Source of the DNA: Marsupella aquatica
Lineage: Eukaryota; Plantae; Marchantiophyta
Direction: 5' to 3'
Length of the DNA stretch: 64,000 nucleotides
Assembly: GCA_973895155.1 (NCBI GenBank)
Contig: OZ316894.1
Span: 22,539,867-22,603,866, forward strand
In this document: positions 13,634 to 26,711 of the stretch, in pieces
Numbering within the stretch: position 1 is the stretch's first letter
How the letters are laid out: every line of letters begins with the position of its first letter
Program-made: the position numbers and the translations under genes
Notes under the pieces: model-generated
Told to the model about the DNA's origin: nothing
Database searches by the model: none
Seen by the model: only the letters and a program-made list of their open reading frames with translations

Positions 13634-15856
13634 TCAAACCATTGCAACAGTGGGAGCGCTACCCCAACCTAATTTTAGCTTCCATCTCCGATGCCAGGAC
13701 ACTAAAACCCTTTGCCAAACAGGGAAGTTAAATTCTTCCTCCAAGGGTTCATTCACTGGCCCATCCATGCTAAGTGGGAGCCACACATACCGTGAGTCTC
13801 TAAGGTCAGGTGGCTTCCACCTATCTGCCATAAAAAGAAAAGAGTCTGACAAACCAGGCAGAGGAAGAACAAATGTCCCTTGGGAGAAGAAGGTAGCTGC
13901 TCGGAACTCAGGTGGTCGACCCACACAGGGATCTCCTAATGCTTCCCATGGACCCAGCATAGAATCCGCGGCATGGACTTGTGCAGGATTGGGATTCCAA
14001 CCTGTGCAACCAGAGGTGATCATGTAGTAGATTCCCTTGTGCTTGAAGATGGCAGGAGCTTCTCGTCGCTGACCAATCAAGATGCGTCGAAAACCCCGTT
14101 TCAAGTCGAGGTAGTCACTTGTCAGAATGCCAACATGTAATTCAGAGTTGTCTTTCGAGGAATATACGAGGTAACCAGTTCCGTCATCATCCTTAAAAAT
14201 GGTCATATCCCGACTGTCATGTCCATGTGGCCTCTTACTCCCCAAATAATTGAACGGCCCTTCCGGCTTTGGGCTCACAGCGATCCCCACACTTGCTTTG
14301 GAGTAGTTCACATTGTCTACGTGCATCCACATCACAAACTGTCTGGTACGGTCGTTATATATCACCTTTGGTCGTTCAACAACGTTACTCACATGGAGAT
14401 CACTGCTAGTATTAGTTTTGTCTGCTTTCAGTACAACACCTTCATTCTTCCACGTCCAGAGATCCTTGGAAGAATAGCAACTTACTCCCACCACATCTAT
14501 CTGCGCAAGTAAACGACGATCAGATGATGCGAGCCAATAAGTAAATTTTGATAGAATAGATAGCTACTGAGAATTTTCAAACGGAAGGCAAGTAGACCAG
14601 TTCCAATTGAAGAAAATTGGACAAATGGCACATGAGACATTTGGTCAGGTTGTTCTTAGTGCAGATTCAATATCACTAATTGCCGTCGACAAGTGTGAGA
14701 GTGCAGCAGGTTGGGTACCCGCCCACAGCCTAGATATCGTCGAAGGGGATGAACAGAATCCCCTGTGCAAGTTTCTCACCGTACATGCACGGTGATGCAG
14801 AAGCTGAGAATGTGCTGTCCATACGTCAGCAACCCCTAATTCTCATGCACGAGGGCTATGACACGTCACGTCCAGATCCAGAGAAGGGCATCTGAGCATA
14901 AAATGAATCGCCAGAACCCAATCGAATGACGAACTAATTAGTCCGCCATGTGCTCATGGAAAGTCTAGCGAAGTGCACCAGCTTCTGAGACAGACCTCCA
15001 GAGGAACCCAGGCTTTCAGGTGATCAAAGTTATCAAACCTCTGATTGCCTTGAAGCAATCATAAACTTCGGCACAATGAGAACAAGGGGGTCTCTCACCA
15101 TTGCCACCATTCGTGATCACCCAACTTATCATATTGAAGTACGTACGGCCCGACATTTAACAGGCAGGGAGTTTGCCGTGCCATCAGCTGGATGCTCCGT
15201 GACCTTGCTGGCTGAGGATTAAGACTTGCTTCAGGCTTGTGGATGATTTTAGAACTTAGGAGAGAACTTCCTAAAGTTCCCAAGATGTACAGAAACCACG
15301 CCTAAATTACTTAGAAGGGACTGATAATATACACGCAAGGCAGACTTGACCAACTTACTCTGTACAAGGAGCGCTTGAACCGATACGTGCGTCCGTCCTT
15401 GTTCTCTCCATACCAATAAAAGGTTTTGCTCTCCTTGACGTAAAGAATGCCTCCCCCATGAGCCTGAATTGGTCGACCATCCGTGTCGCGCCACTCCCTA
15501 CCAGGATAGAAGTATTGCCTGTCGCTCTCATCGGTCGTCAAAGGGTTGATTGCCGTACTTTTATCCGGAAAATAAAACTCCATTTGCTGTTTGTGGTTAG
15601 CGTCATGGAGAGCCTCTTCCACATCGGAAGGCCTTCTCAATCGTTTGTCAAGAGGCTTCCCATCAAAGCCTCTGCGAATGTCCGGGACCATCTTCCACTC
15701 ATCCAGGGAAATGCTCGGCGGTGCAGGCGAGGGAAAAATATATGTATAAGCTTGGACCAGGATAATCCACCCAGCAATTACCCATACTGCGCCAGTCACC
15801 GAGCACTTGCTGACTGCAGGACATCCCAGAGGACCCGCTTTCCCCCTGTGCACCAT
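13634..15856 (-). CDS. Glycoside hydrolase family 43, plant GH43_24-like putative exo-beta-1,3-galactosidase; exons 15359..15856 and 13634..14500, ~454 aa
   Basis: N-terminal TM anchor; motifs WRDTDGRPIQAHGGG, FYWYGE, ERPKVIYN, SRDMTIFKDDDG, REAPAIFK, MADRW...DSRYVWLP; in-frame GTAAGT...GCAG intron 14501-15358. Confidence 0.93.
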
Positions 15857-16299
15857 TAAGCTGTTCGCATAAATTTCCTACTCAAATGACAGAAACACCA
15901 GCCAGCTCGCCCGACAAGAGACTCGTGAAAATCCAACGCCACCAACGTCACCCAAGAGGGTGGAATATCCACCGCTAGTGAGGAAAAACACCGGGCGAGG
16001 TGGTGTTCATCCGTGCCCAGCTTACCAATCCTCCGCAAGCCGATTGGTGCTGACCAAATTTCTCGTGTTCTCTCGCCGAGACGGGATTCTAAGTACTACA
16101 TAGGCCAGCACAATACAGAGCCTGATTCCCTTCACCCGTACCTCCAACTATCCACCTATCCTCAACAGCCACCGACCTTCTCGAGTCTGGGAAATTCCAT
16201 CCGTCACCCTCCTTTCAACCGCGAAACCCCTCCGTCATCCCGAGCCTGTCCTCGACAACAGGCCGTCACAGAAAAGGGCCTCCCCGCTCCCTCCGCCAC

Positions 16300-16685
16300 T
16301 GCTCTGTTTTGCTTGCTCCTTCCACCACCGCGCACAAAAAGATCAGCAAAAACAACGATTCGGGGCTCCAGGAAAGCCGAAGGTGGTTCCCTCAGTAATC
16401 AATCGTCACCTCGAAAACTCCTGAAGAAGCTCTATTGTGCTTTCTACTTCCACCACCGCGCACAAAAAGATCAGCATCGATTCGGGGCTCCACGGAAGTC
16501 GAAGGTGGTTCCCTCAGTAATCAATCGTCACCGGCCTTCGAAAACTCCTGAAGAAGCTCTATTGTGCTTTCTACTTCCCCCACCGCGCACAAAAAGATCA
16601 GCACCAGCAACGATTCGGGGCTCCAGGGAAGTCGAAGGTGGTTCCCCCAGTGATCATCGTCACCGCCCTCCGAAAATCCCTGACG
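16300..16685. repeat. Three ~120-130-bp tandem units in the GH43 upstream region
   Basis: ccaccgcgcacaaaaagatcagc...gaaggtggttccc repeated at ~16325, ~16453 and ~16580. Confidence 0.85.
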
Positions 16686-16796
16686 AACGAAAGTGCCCCA
16701 ACCACTCGAAACCGACACCCAGTTTGCCCAACTATATGATGGGTGTACTCTCTTCACTCTCATACCTTCAAGACCTCAACCGCACTGAATAATAAT

Positions 16797-16805
16797 GGAG
16801 AGAGC

Positions 16806-16840
<35 letters not shown>
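16797..16840. repeat. (GA)n microsatellite, i.e. a CT-rich tract at the probable GH43 transcription start region
   Basis: gagagagcgagagacagagagagag... Confidence 0.8.
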
Positions 16841-16844
<4 letters not shown>

Positions 16845-17459
16845 ATAGAGAAAGACTTGAAAGCGAGGGAACAAGAGAGCACGAAGGGAGTGATGGCGGA
16901 GTCAACTGATGAGAAAATTCAATGAACTGGCGATGACAGCAATTATTACTAAGGAGTGTCCCAAAAGCATTGAAAGAAGCTTACCGTCACTACGGTAATA
17001 AGGCCCTCTTGCATGTCATTGGGGAGTATCAAAATAGGGCCATACGGTAAGGGCCTCTTGCATGTCATTAGGGAGTGTCAAAATAGGGCAATAGATCCAA
17101 ATAGCGCCGTAAAGGAGATACCAACGACATAAAACTCTTTTATGGGACATAATTCTACCTAAATACAGACCCCATAAGAACCTTATGTCAAACAAAATAC
17201 ACCCATAGTACTTTTCTTATGGCTCAACTTTGACACACTCTATTATAGCACTTTCTTTCACAGCCCTGAGCACTCGTAAATTGTGAAGAAAAAGTATATT
17301 TCCATGTGCCCCTGTAATTGCACATTAAAAACAAACCTACAACCAGATACATACAAAGAACAACACCAGGTGACTTAATAAAAAGTATAATCAGGTTTCT
17401 CATGGTAGGATGTGACATAGTACACGGTGTCTTATCACATTTTGATGGGCAATTACCCG

Positions 17460-17655
17460 GCTGCTATTTTGATTCTCCACAGAATCTGCCACTTTGCTCT
17501 TTGCTCTGTGTGAACTTTGCTAGGTGTGAACTTTCTCTTGTTCATTCAATATTCTACTGAATCTGCCACTTTACTATGTGTTAACTTTGCTTCAAATATC
17601 TCTTGTTTATTCAATATTGAAGGTTTAGGACCTTTGCCCTTGGTCATCTACCACG
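17460..17655 (-). repeat. Inverted fragment of the dispersed repeat family found at 19150-22492 and 42458-44222
   Basis: Reverse complement agcaaagtggcagattctgtggagaatcaaaa matches ~43231 and ~21497; gatgaccaagggcaa matches ~19823 and ~43130. Confidence 0.65.
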
Positions 17656-19880
17656 CATGCTATCAGACTTGCCTAAAGAGGAGTTGGAGGCATAAAAATC
17701 TCACTCAATGTTTGAATGTCATCTGTTAGGTTGAGGGCCCAAGACTCAAAGGCCTCCCACATGCAAGATGGCCCTTATAGCACCATTTGCTAATTTCCTT
17801 GCTTAGTTTGCTTTGTGGGCTAAAAAGTTATACAATAAGAGACCTATCAGTTTACTCATTATTGGTGCTTCTTTTGAAAACTTTGATACATCCATTTGGT
17901 TGCCAAAAAGTTTCCATGCAAATCTTTCTTGCATTCTGTCTTGTAGTACCACTGTTTGTCAAGAAAGAATCACCAGTTATGCCTAGCTAAGCAAGTTTGT
18001 GGATAGGGTCTACTTTGATCACTTTTGTAGAACTTGCGCTAAGATAATCACTACTTTGTGATATGTTTAAGGTGTGAGAATGTTTACCAGGAATAAGAGA
18101 AGTAAGTCCGTTGAAGGTAAATTAGGTCATTCAACATTTAAAATAGGAATATTAATCAAATATTCTTGCTATAAAATATGGATGTTTTAATTAGGTCAAG
18201 ATAGTATGTTGTATACAATATACAACAGGTATGTGGTATACAAAAGATTCACTAAGTTAACCCCCACCCCCCAAGGGTACTAGTAACTATGTGAAATCCA
18301 ACCCTGTGATCTCACTCTAATCTTACTTCTTACTTATAAAGTGTCAACTACAACCTAGAGTTGGGGCCTAGGCTTCTAGAGTGAAGCCTCTAGATCGCAA
18401 CTCAATGGCCTACCACGTGGATGGGAAAACTCATGGCTATGATGTATGAAAAATGATAATTATTATCATACATGCATGCTTTTTGTTATAATTTCTATTT
18501 ACATTCAAAAACTGGACTCTATGGCCCCACCATAACATTTGTGCATAGAAAGAGGGATGTGCATAGAAAAGAGTATGGTATATTATGTATGATTATTAAA
18601 TTGATGACATGCATGATAATTTTTTTATCATTTCATTAACATTACAAGAATATGAATAGAGAATATATTTTGGTGACACTTTCATTGTACTCATCGATAT
18701 TCATGTTCAAAGAATGGGTAGTCGGGGCTAGTGCAATTATAAGAAATAAGACTAGAAGTGGAAGCTAGAATACAGGCTTGGATAAACACAAATATTTAAT
18801 TCTGCTAGTTTGATCAATGAACGCGCAAACTTTACCATGTCATGACACCATGACACTCCTGAAACCTTACACTCCTGAAACAAGTTGAAATGGAAAAAAT
18901 GGTTTCTGAGTGGGGCTTCAATAGGTTTATTCATGACAGCACAATGGAATATTGTGCCTGTGTTTTGAGGGTCTAGAGTTGTTGCCACTACCTGACATTC
19001 AGGTTTCTTGTTTTGATTGTTTGTGTTGCGGGAGTGGAGTTTTGCCGACCATTTTATGTAAAGGCCAACCTGATACTTTTTTGTGGTACCAGCGGGGCAT
19101 TTGATTCTTCACATCATTTGTGTTTGTCGTCCATTTCCTGCAGTTCCAGCTCAAATTCTCTATTGCATTCTACATCTGCCAACAATTGTCTCTGAAGCAC
19201 TTCTGTTAATCTTCAATGAAACTAAGGCAAGAGTTTGCCGCAATGATCTTAGGTCTTATGCAAGGACAATGCATCTGATTTATTTCCTTTCATTGTAAAC
19301 CACACTTGTGTGACTATCCCCATAAATCCTCTTGCAAACACAAAAAAACACTCAAATTCCATCTTTCCCAAGTTGCCCATTGCACGCACACATGTTTCAC
19401 ACCAGCAACAATTCATCGAGATGAAGACAAAGCATTCCACATTCCTCATATATATTTTTCTGGGTAAATACACAATACCTGTCTTGCTATTTCTTAGGTG
19501 CCTTGTAAAGGTATAGGTAATGTTATAGAAATCAAGAAATTTGTTAGGTAAAGTAAGCACGAGGTACAAAAAATTGTATCCCTGCCAGCTCAGGTATCCA
19601 ACAAGATATTGGGCAAAAGTTACCTGCCCAACACTGGTTTATAAAGTATCAATATGGAATTCTACCCACCTCCACAAACCCACCCTCACATTTTCAACCC
19701 TCAAATAAGGAGGGCAATAGGCTAGGTGAGGCTCCCATTCATTATGCTGAATTGACAATACCTTAAAGTTGAAATAACCGCATATTTTCCTTGGTTTTTA
19801 TTTTCAAGAATGAGATATGATGGATAACCAAGGGCAAGTGCCGGAAACTTTCCAGCCCTTGAGGTCCGGAACCTTGAAAA

Positions 19881-21343
19881 TAGTTGCAGAACTTGACTAC
19901 CCTAACACTTAGCTCCAACGTCGCTGACTCCGACATTGAGCTCTTCTATGGTCCAAACCTCTAGATTGGCCATCCGATGGGTCTAAGTATGAGGAAATTA
20001 GTGGACAACAAAGCGGTGCACTAGCAAGGGCAATGCGCCAAGTCGGTGAAGCAAACTAAGGATTTAGACTAGCGTGGGAGTTGGCCGGGTCATGGGAAAG
20101 GTTGGGCTCACGGTGGACCGTACCCCTGGAAGGACTTTGCGTTCTGAAGGCTTGAGTGAGATCTCCTCTTGGGCCCAAGGCTAAGGAAGTTGACTTCATG
20201 CGCAATGGACGTTTGGCGCATGAGATATGGCGTAGTGCAAGTGAGGCCTCGGGACTCTTGACCGCCAACCGGTTTAAAGGGCCTAAGCATGAGCACTGGG
20301 TTGGCCCAATCACAATGGGCTAAGACACTTCACTTACGGGGCCCGTCTCACTAGAAAGTTACGGGATAACAAGATAGTTGTGTGTCCATGCAATTGGGTT
20401 AGAGTCCAGGTTGAGCGCCAAATATAGGGGACCAAAGTTGGTCTGGGGGTTGCAGGTCTCTAGAAGCATATATGAAGGGAGTGGTGTCTTCCTGGTGGCC
20501 AAGAGCGAGCCCAAGTCGTGAGCCATGACAATCGCAACACTAAGGAGAAACGACAATAACTTCTCAACGGTCCATTGGAGGACTTCTTGGATGCATTGGA
20601 AAGCCCTTGAAGAGGACTCTTGAGCTCAGCCGGTTCTGGGGGTGCCTTTGGTTCTTGAGGTTTGCGGGGGCTATCTCGCCCATTTTCCAAATCTTGCCAA
20701 AATAGCAACGAAGCCACGTTCAATTTCCCACGGGAGCTTACGTCGGGAGGCAATGTAGAGTAGGCATGGGTGTTGAGATCCAAGTACATTTGGCCCCTAG
20801 ACTCTTAGTTGGGTTGGAACATTGGAGATGTGGCTAGAGTTGGGGCCAAAGTGGTCCCGGTATTCTGGACAAGCTTAGAGACAGGCTAGCTATTTGGGCC
20901 ATGAGCCCTAGGGGCAGGGCAGTTACCCAGTGATGGATAGATTGTGGGAAAGCACGGGCGACACCCCAATAGAGGGGCTAGTTTGGATGAACAATGGGTG
21001 TCGACTCTGGCTTCGGCTTATGGCAAGGCCACGCGGGCCCAGGATGTTCTATTCGTTGACCTACTTACCAATGTCTGTTGAGCTTGAGTCGGGACACTAG
21101 TCTTGGAGTTCCTAGATCCTAATAGGTTACTTACCTAGGTGTTTGGTTGTTTATGCAAACAATGAGGATCGTTGAGCGACGGTCGAGTTAGGGAGAAAGT
21201 GCGGCTTTGTATGGGAGTTGTTGCCAGTATGCTAGAGGTACCAAGTTGCTTGCTCAAGGAGTTCTTTGTAGGCATTCGGGAACCAAGGGCACTTAGGCGA
21301 GAGTGTTGGGATTGGTGAGGGTGCTTGGTGGCTAGGTCCACTG
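19881..21343. mobile_element. Unclassified insertion within element A, degenerate
   Basis: Absent from copy B, where ttgaaaa runs directly into ttgaatagaacagg; GC-richer than its flanks; only broken ORFs. Confidence 0.5.
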
Positions 21344-21364
21344 TTGAATACAACAGGTGAAGGT

Positions 21365-21510
21365 TCACACTTAGCAAGGTCACCCTTAGCAAAGTCACCC
21401 TTAGCAAAGTGGCAGATTTAGCAAAGTCACACTTAGCAAAGTCACCCTTAGCAAAGTGGCAGATTTAGCAAAGCCGGCCTTAGCAAAGTCACCCTTAGCA
21501 AAGTGGTAGA
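21365..21510. repeat. 19-20-bp tandem array (cttagcaaagtcaccc / cttagcaaagtggcagat)
   Basis: About 7 copies here versus about 2 in copy B at 43210-43248. Confidence 0.85.
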
Positions 21511-23382
21511 TTCTCTAAAGAACCAAAATCCATTTTTTTCATGACAATTTGAGGAATGCTAAGCCAGGGCCCTAAAAGAAAGGGCTCTTAACATGCAAGA
21601 CTGTCCTAAGCCTGTTGGTTTAGGGAAGAATTTGGCAAAAATTCAGTAGTGAAAAGCTTGACTTCTCATCAAGTATTGATGTCGCCCCCAACATTGGTAC
21701 TGAAGTCCAAAAGGACAAGCATTAGGCTAGACTCATAGTTTTCCTTCTATCATGGATCCATTGTTCAATGCCCTGTTGGCACCTGTCCGCTGGACAATTG
21801 TTCAGGGTTTTGTTGCTCCTTGTGCAGTAGTTAAATGTCTTGTTTAGCTTCCTTTCTTGTAAAGCTTGCTTCTCTCCTGGTTCCAGCCTCCCCAGTTCTT
21901 TGGGCTTCCGGACCTTTGGTTGTCCCAGGTGCCAAACCCTATTGTTCTTTGGCAGTTTGATACACTAGCCCGATTACATGTCCTTTGAACCCCGCTTTGA
22001 ACGTGCATAGAGGTGAGGATAAAGAAATCTCGACCCTTGATGACAGCAGCTGACGAAGCTTCTTCAAGTAATTGAAAAAGAGCTGGTTGTTTCACCATGG
22101 CTCTCAACCCTCAATGACAACAGCTGACCAAAGTTTCTTCAATTAATCAAAGAAGAGCTGTCCATTTCACCATAGCTCTCAATCCTCAATGACAGCAGCT
22201 GACCTCTTCATAGCTAGGCGGCCTCCATCCATCGACTCTCTTCACATACGGATCCTATTCCACCAACTCTCTTCACGGACGGCTCTATTTTCCTACTCCA
22301 CCCCATCCCAGTTTTTCACCCCAACCCTAATTCTATTATCTTCCTTAAGTCATCATCACTCCTTAAGTCACGGTCTACAAGCTTCACTCTAGAAGTAGAC
22401 CTTCAAATCGCTCCCTACGTCACCGGCTTCACTCTAGAAGTACACCTTGAAATTGCTCCCTAAGTAAGTGTCTATGGGCTTCACTCTAGAAGAAGAAACC
22501 ACTTTTAGCTATTACCATTAAAGTTATTCTTATTGACAATAGTGCCACTGTTTTGCATATGGACATTCAACAAGTTCTCTAATATAACCAATGTAATCAC
22601 ATACCAAAACCATGACATATTTATGAATACAATGAAAAGTGGTACTGTAAGTTAGGAACATCTTTACTTAGTGGCAATGTAGTAAAAAATTATACTTACA
22701 AAATTTGGATAGCAACTCTTATCAACTATTGAATTTTTGTCAACCAAAATGGCAACATTTACACAAGGACAACACGGTTGCAATGACAACCCTCCCAAAA
22801 TGACGATCAACTTTTACAACCACAACATCCCCACAATGGCAAGTGTGCAATATGCATGGGTATTGAGCTGCTATGGTATAATGGTGCTACAATGTACTGG
22901 GCACAGGGGAATGTTTATGGGTTCTATATGGCCAGTACGTGGCAGTTTAATGTTGACTGCATTCACCCAGGTTTGCCCCCTTCACTACTATGTAGGTAAC
23001 TCTTTCTGATGTTCTTTTTTGGTGAATTTCCACCAAATTCTTACTCAAGATAGGGCTGTCTAAATATCCAACCGAGACTCTGGTCACCATATCCAATGTT
23101 ACTCCTCAAATCTCAGAAATTTGACTGGTGCAGATTAGATGTGTCACATGCTCCTCTCCTTGGTATGGCTCTCACTTCCACAACCACTGCAATTGACTTT
23201 GACACAATTTGATACCAAAAGAAACAATTCAACAAGGTGTGCGACTTAGAAATACATTGGTCTCACAGTTGCAACCCTACACACCCAAACCCCAAAAATT
23301 CCATTGGCAAGGCATCCTTTCAAGGGAAGAGACATCTAAGAAGTCTTTGAGTCATTGCATTGCTCACACAAACCTTCCCCCT

Positions 23383-23672
23383 TGTTGAGCAAAGATGACA
23401 TTCACAATAGCAAGCTAGCCCATGATCATCTTTGAATGCACAAGTAGTCGACAGTGAGAGATATGTGGTTCACCTCAGCTAAGGCTACGTCCTCCTTAAC
23501 ACACAAGAGCTTTGCTGCACTACAGGCCTGTCGGCCATTCCGAGTCTCTACAATACGAATTCTCCCTATCTCTCAATTGGTTTCGTAACAATGACCCTTA
23601 GCTCCTCCCCCGACTCCTCCTATCCAAGCAGACACCGCTTTGGACATAATGTGCAACATGATTAACCTAACG
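23383..23672 (-). mobile_element. Truncated, diverged LTR of the local copia family, inverted
   Basis: tgttgagc... is the reverse complement of the LTR 3' end gctcaaca; ctccctatctctcaa matches ttgagagataggga. Confidence 0.7.
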
Positions 23673-23677
23673 AAGTC

Positions 23678-24630
23678 CACTCAACTCGTGTCCGCCCCAT
23701 CTAGCAAGAAAAAACTACAAACAAAGACCATTTTGAAAATATCTCCCTTCCTTTGACTTTTTATTCCTTCCCTTAAAATACCCTTAAATTACGCAACAAT
23801 AAAAGAAAAAATTTATTTAAACCCTTTTTATCCCTTTCCTTAAAGTAACCCTCCATCCCGGCCAAAGAATGAAAATGTTTCATTTGTCTTTTTGATTTAG
23901 AAAAGGAGGAAAAGCGCATCTTTTTATGTTTTGATTTTGACCCCCTCTTGCAAGAAAAAGGAAAGATTCATAAAACCTGAAATCTCTCCCTTCTTTGCCT
24001 TTTTTGTTCCTCCCCTTAAAATACTTGTAAACCATCCATCGCTCCCCACTTCTAAGTTTGAATACATGTTAGGATTTACTCTTAGGTCTAGAGTTATGAC
24101 TGTATCACAGTTTGGCTAACCTTAGTCGCAGACTAGGTTAGGTTAGTCATGTTGCACACACACTATACCCAAGGGATGTTTGCTTGGAGAGCGGGAAGTC
24201 ACTCATTGTAACGGATCTAGTTGAGAGATAGGGAAAGCTTGTGATGTGGATGCTTGGTATGGCCGGTCGGCCTAGAGTGCAATAAAGCTCTTGTGTGTTC
24301 TCATGGACGTAGCCTCATGTGGAGGTGAACCATGTATATCTCTGTGCCGACATTTGTGCGTTGGATGGTTCATGGGCTTGCCATTGTGATTGTTGTCTAT
24401 GCTCGACAATACAAGGGTTACCTAGTTCAATACACTCAACTAGTGTTTGCCCCCTCTAGCAAGAAAAAAAATACAAACAAAGATGATTTTGAAAATCTCT
24501 CCCTTAAAATACCCTTAAACCTCTCAACAATTAAAGAAAATAATCTTTAAACCCTTTTTATCCCTCCCCTTAAATTAACCCTCCATCCCGGCCAAAGAAT
24601 GAAAATGTCTCTTTTTGTCTTTTTGATTTT
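23678..24630. repeat. ~200-bp direct duplication around the solo LTR
   Basis: cactcaact..gtgt..gcccc.tctagcaagaaaaaa...ccctccatcccggccaaagaatgaaaatgt at ~23678-23900 and ~24433-24630. Confidence 0.8.
24067..24408 (+). mobile_element. Solo LTR (342 bp) of a Ty1/copia family
   Basis: TGTTAG...CGACA termini; 5-bp TSD ATACA at 24062-24066 and 24409-24413; 5' end matches the LTR start after the copia PPT at 58057. Confidence 0.9.
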
Positions 24631-26124
24631 GTCTTTAAAATACCCTTGATCCTCTATCCCTTTTAACTCTCAAATAAAATAAAATAATGGGATCAGCCAT
24701 GGGGCATTCTCCTTGCTCATTGTTTCTTCTAAACAAAAAGTAGGGCCCTTTAAAAAACATCTATTTTCAAGGTGACCAATTTCACCCAAAAGAAATTATA
24801 TATGTTTCTTCTAAACTAAAAGGAAGCCCCTTTAAGAGTTGTCACCAATTCCACCCCAAGGAAAATAGAATTATGATCCGTTTCACTCAAAGGGAAATAT
24901 ATAAAAGTATTAAGAAATTCAGACAAGTAAAAGACAAAGACATTAAATGGACCCAATGGTGAGAGAATCAAGTACACAGATTGAGGGGGGAGCATTTAAT
25001 AATGTACTTTTATTTGTCTTTAATACAATATACTATGTATACTCCAATTTGTCTTGAGTATTGTATATAAACTAAAGAGTGTTGAGTGAGTGAGAGTATT
25101 TCCGTGTCTCTATACCTATACGGAGAAAGCTGTATGCCGAGAAAATACTTTGGAGGCATTTTTTGCCCCCCATCACATAACTGAACATTTTTGAATGGGC
25201 ACCAATGATTCTTGAAGGGTGCCAACCCCATGTAGCATGGAATGATTTTGGTGTCGATGATGCGAGTGTACTGATGGCCCAAGTTGTGTGAAAATTGGAG
25301 ATTTTTGGTCAATGACCTGGCCTGTAACATTTGGGTGGTGGGAAACCTCGGTTGAGATGCCAGACTAGAGTTATATGCAACCCTCGCCTCTCTCTTTTCC
25401 TTTGTAGTTGCAGGGTCCCTACAAGTAACTCTTGTACAAAAATAATAATCTTAGTCTTGTGCATGGAAATTTATAGTTGGATAACCATTTTCTGGACAAT
25501 AATCACACACAACAACTGATGCTTGGGTGGGCCGGGGCTTCTGGTTTATAACCCTGTTTACTGTTCAAAGTAAGATTGGCCAGGGGGTTCCAAGTCTCAT
25601 AAACCCCGATCAGCCTTGCTAACTCTAAGAATTTCAAACTTTTATGTCAGCAACTGAATTATGGCCTGAAAACATTCTTTGCAAAACAAAGTTCACTATT
25701 ATCACTCAGTTGACTAATATCACTAAGTTACAAGGAAGGTATGTCAAAATGAAAAGACTAACAATTCCACTTGACAAATACAATGCTTTCTCCGTTAACT
25801 TTGCAACATGAGCACACTTTTTTAGTCCTTTTTGAAATTGCTTTTGGGTCCTTTATATGTGATTTGGTTTCTCTGCAACCATTCAACACTCTCAAGACCC
25901 ACTTTAGATCGGCTTGAACAGCATCAAATGAGCCTTACAAGAAACCACAAGAAACCAACTTTTGTTTGATTGTGATCACATTTGGAAACATAATGAGTGC
26001 CAAAAAGATATCCTTGACTTGGTTGGGTAACCAATCTACAGTACAGTCTACAGTGAATAAGTGTAGTGGGTATAGTTGCATGCTGTGGGTAACTGCAGGG
26101 TGGTTGTGTAGTCCCTCAATAATA

Positions 26125-26457
26125 ATTCAGCGCGATTCCCAGTATCGATGCACATTAATGCTCGATGCTGGACGGATTACACTCAGTGTTTACACTTTAC
26201 ATCCGATTAGTAGTTTGGGCAGTTGCGCTTGTTTTCGGGCAGCGTGTCCCTTAGCGCTTTGGTGCCATGCAGCTGCTGTCCCGCGCCCTAAACCTGGCTG
26301 TCCCTAGTGCTGCGCCCGCCAAGTCCCTGCCCACCGTCTCGGGCCAATTCAGCAGTGAACCGGCCAAGGCATCACCTCGCGGGCCGCTTCACACATTTTG
26401 CAAAGGATCACGAATCCACCCCATCAACGTATGTACATGGAAAAGAGGGTGTACACT
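26125..26457 (+). repeat. Left terminal inverted repeat (333 bp)
   Basis: attcagcgcgattcccagtat...gaaaagagggtgtacact, reverse complement of 34506-34839 with a few substitutions and one indel. Confidence 0.97.
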
Positions 26458-26711
26458 TTCAAATTTTGGAGTACTGTTTCAAACGAGAATACCATAGCGG
26501 GATTGCGAGGGCGCATGTGTAGTCTGCAGCGGACCCTAAATCATTGCATCGACAAATTGTAAGGCCCTCGCACATTTCTCTAGCACAACAGACTGAGGAA
26601 TGGAATTTGTTTTCTCATTGCAATTTACATTGAGTTCGTGTATGATTGTGTGACGTGCAGTACCCTCGTGCGAATGTGCATCGATACTCGGATTTGGATT
26701 TGGCAGGTGTC

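Larger units (their letters stand above)
18373..22492. mobile_element. Degenerate repeat element copy A, unclassified DNA-transposon-like, interrupted by a ~1.46-kb insertion
   Basis: 19150-19880 plus 21344-22492 are collinear with 42458-44222; subterminal repeats ggcttcactctagaagtagacctt; a perfect 16-bp inverted match cttctagagtgaagcc at 18373-18388. Confidence 0.6.

Noticed and set aside
16013-16792. 259-aa plus-strand ORF
   Set aside because: Antisense to the GH43 leader and made of tandem repeats; GTG start and no recognisable domain
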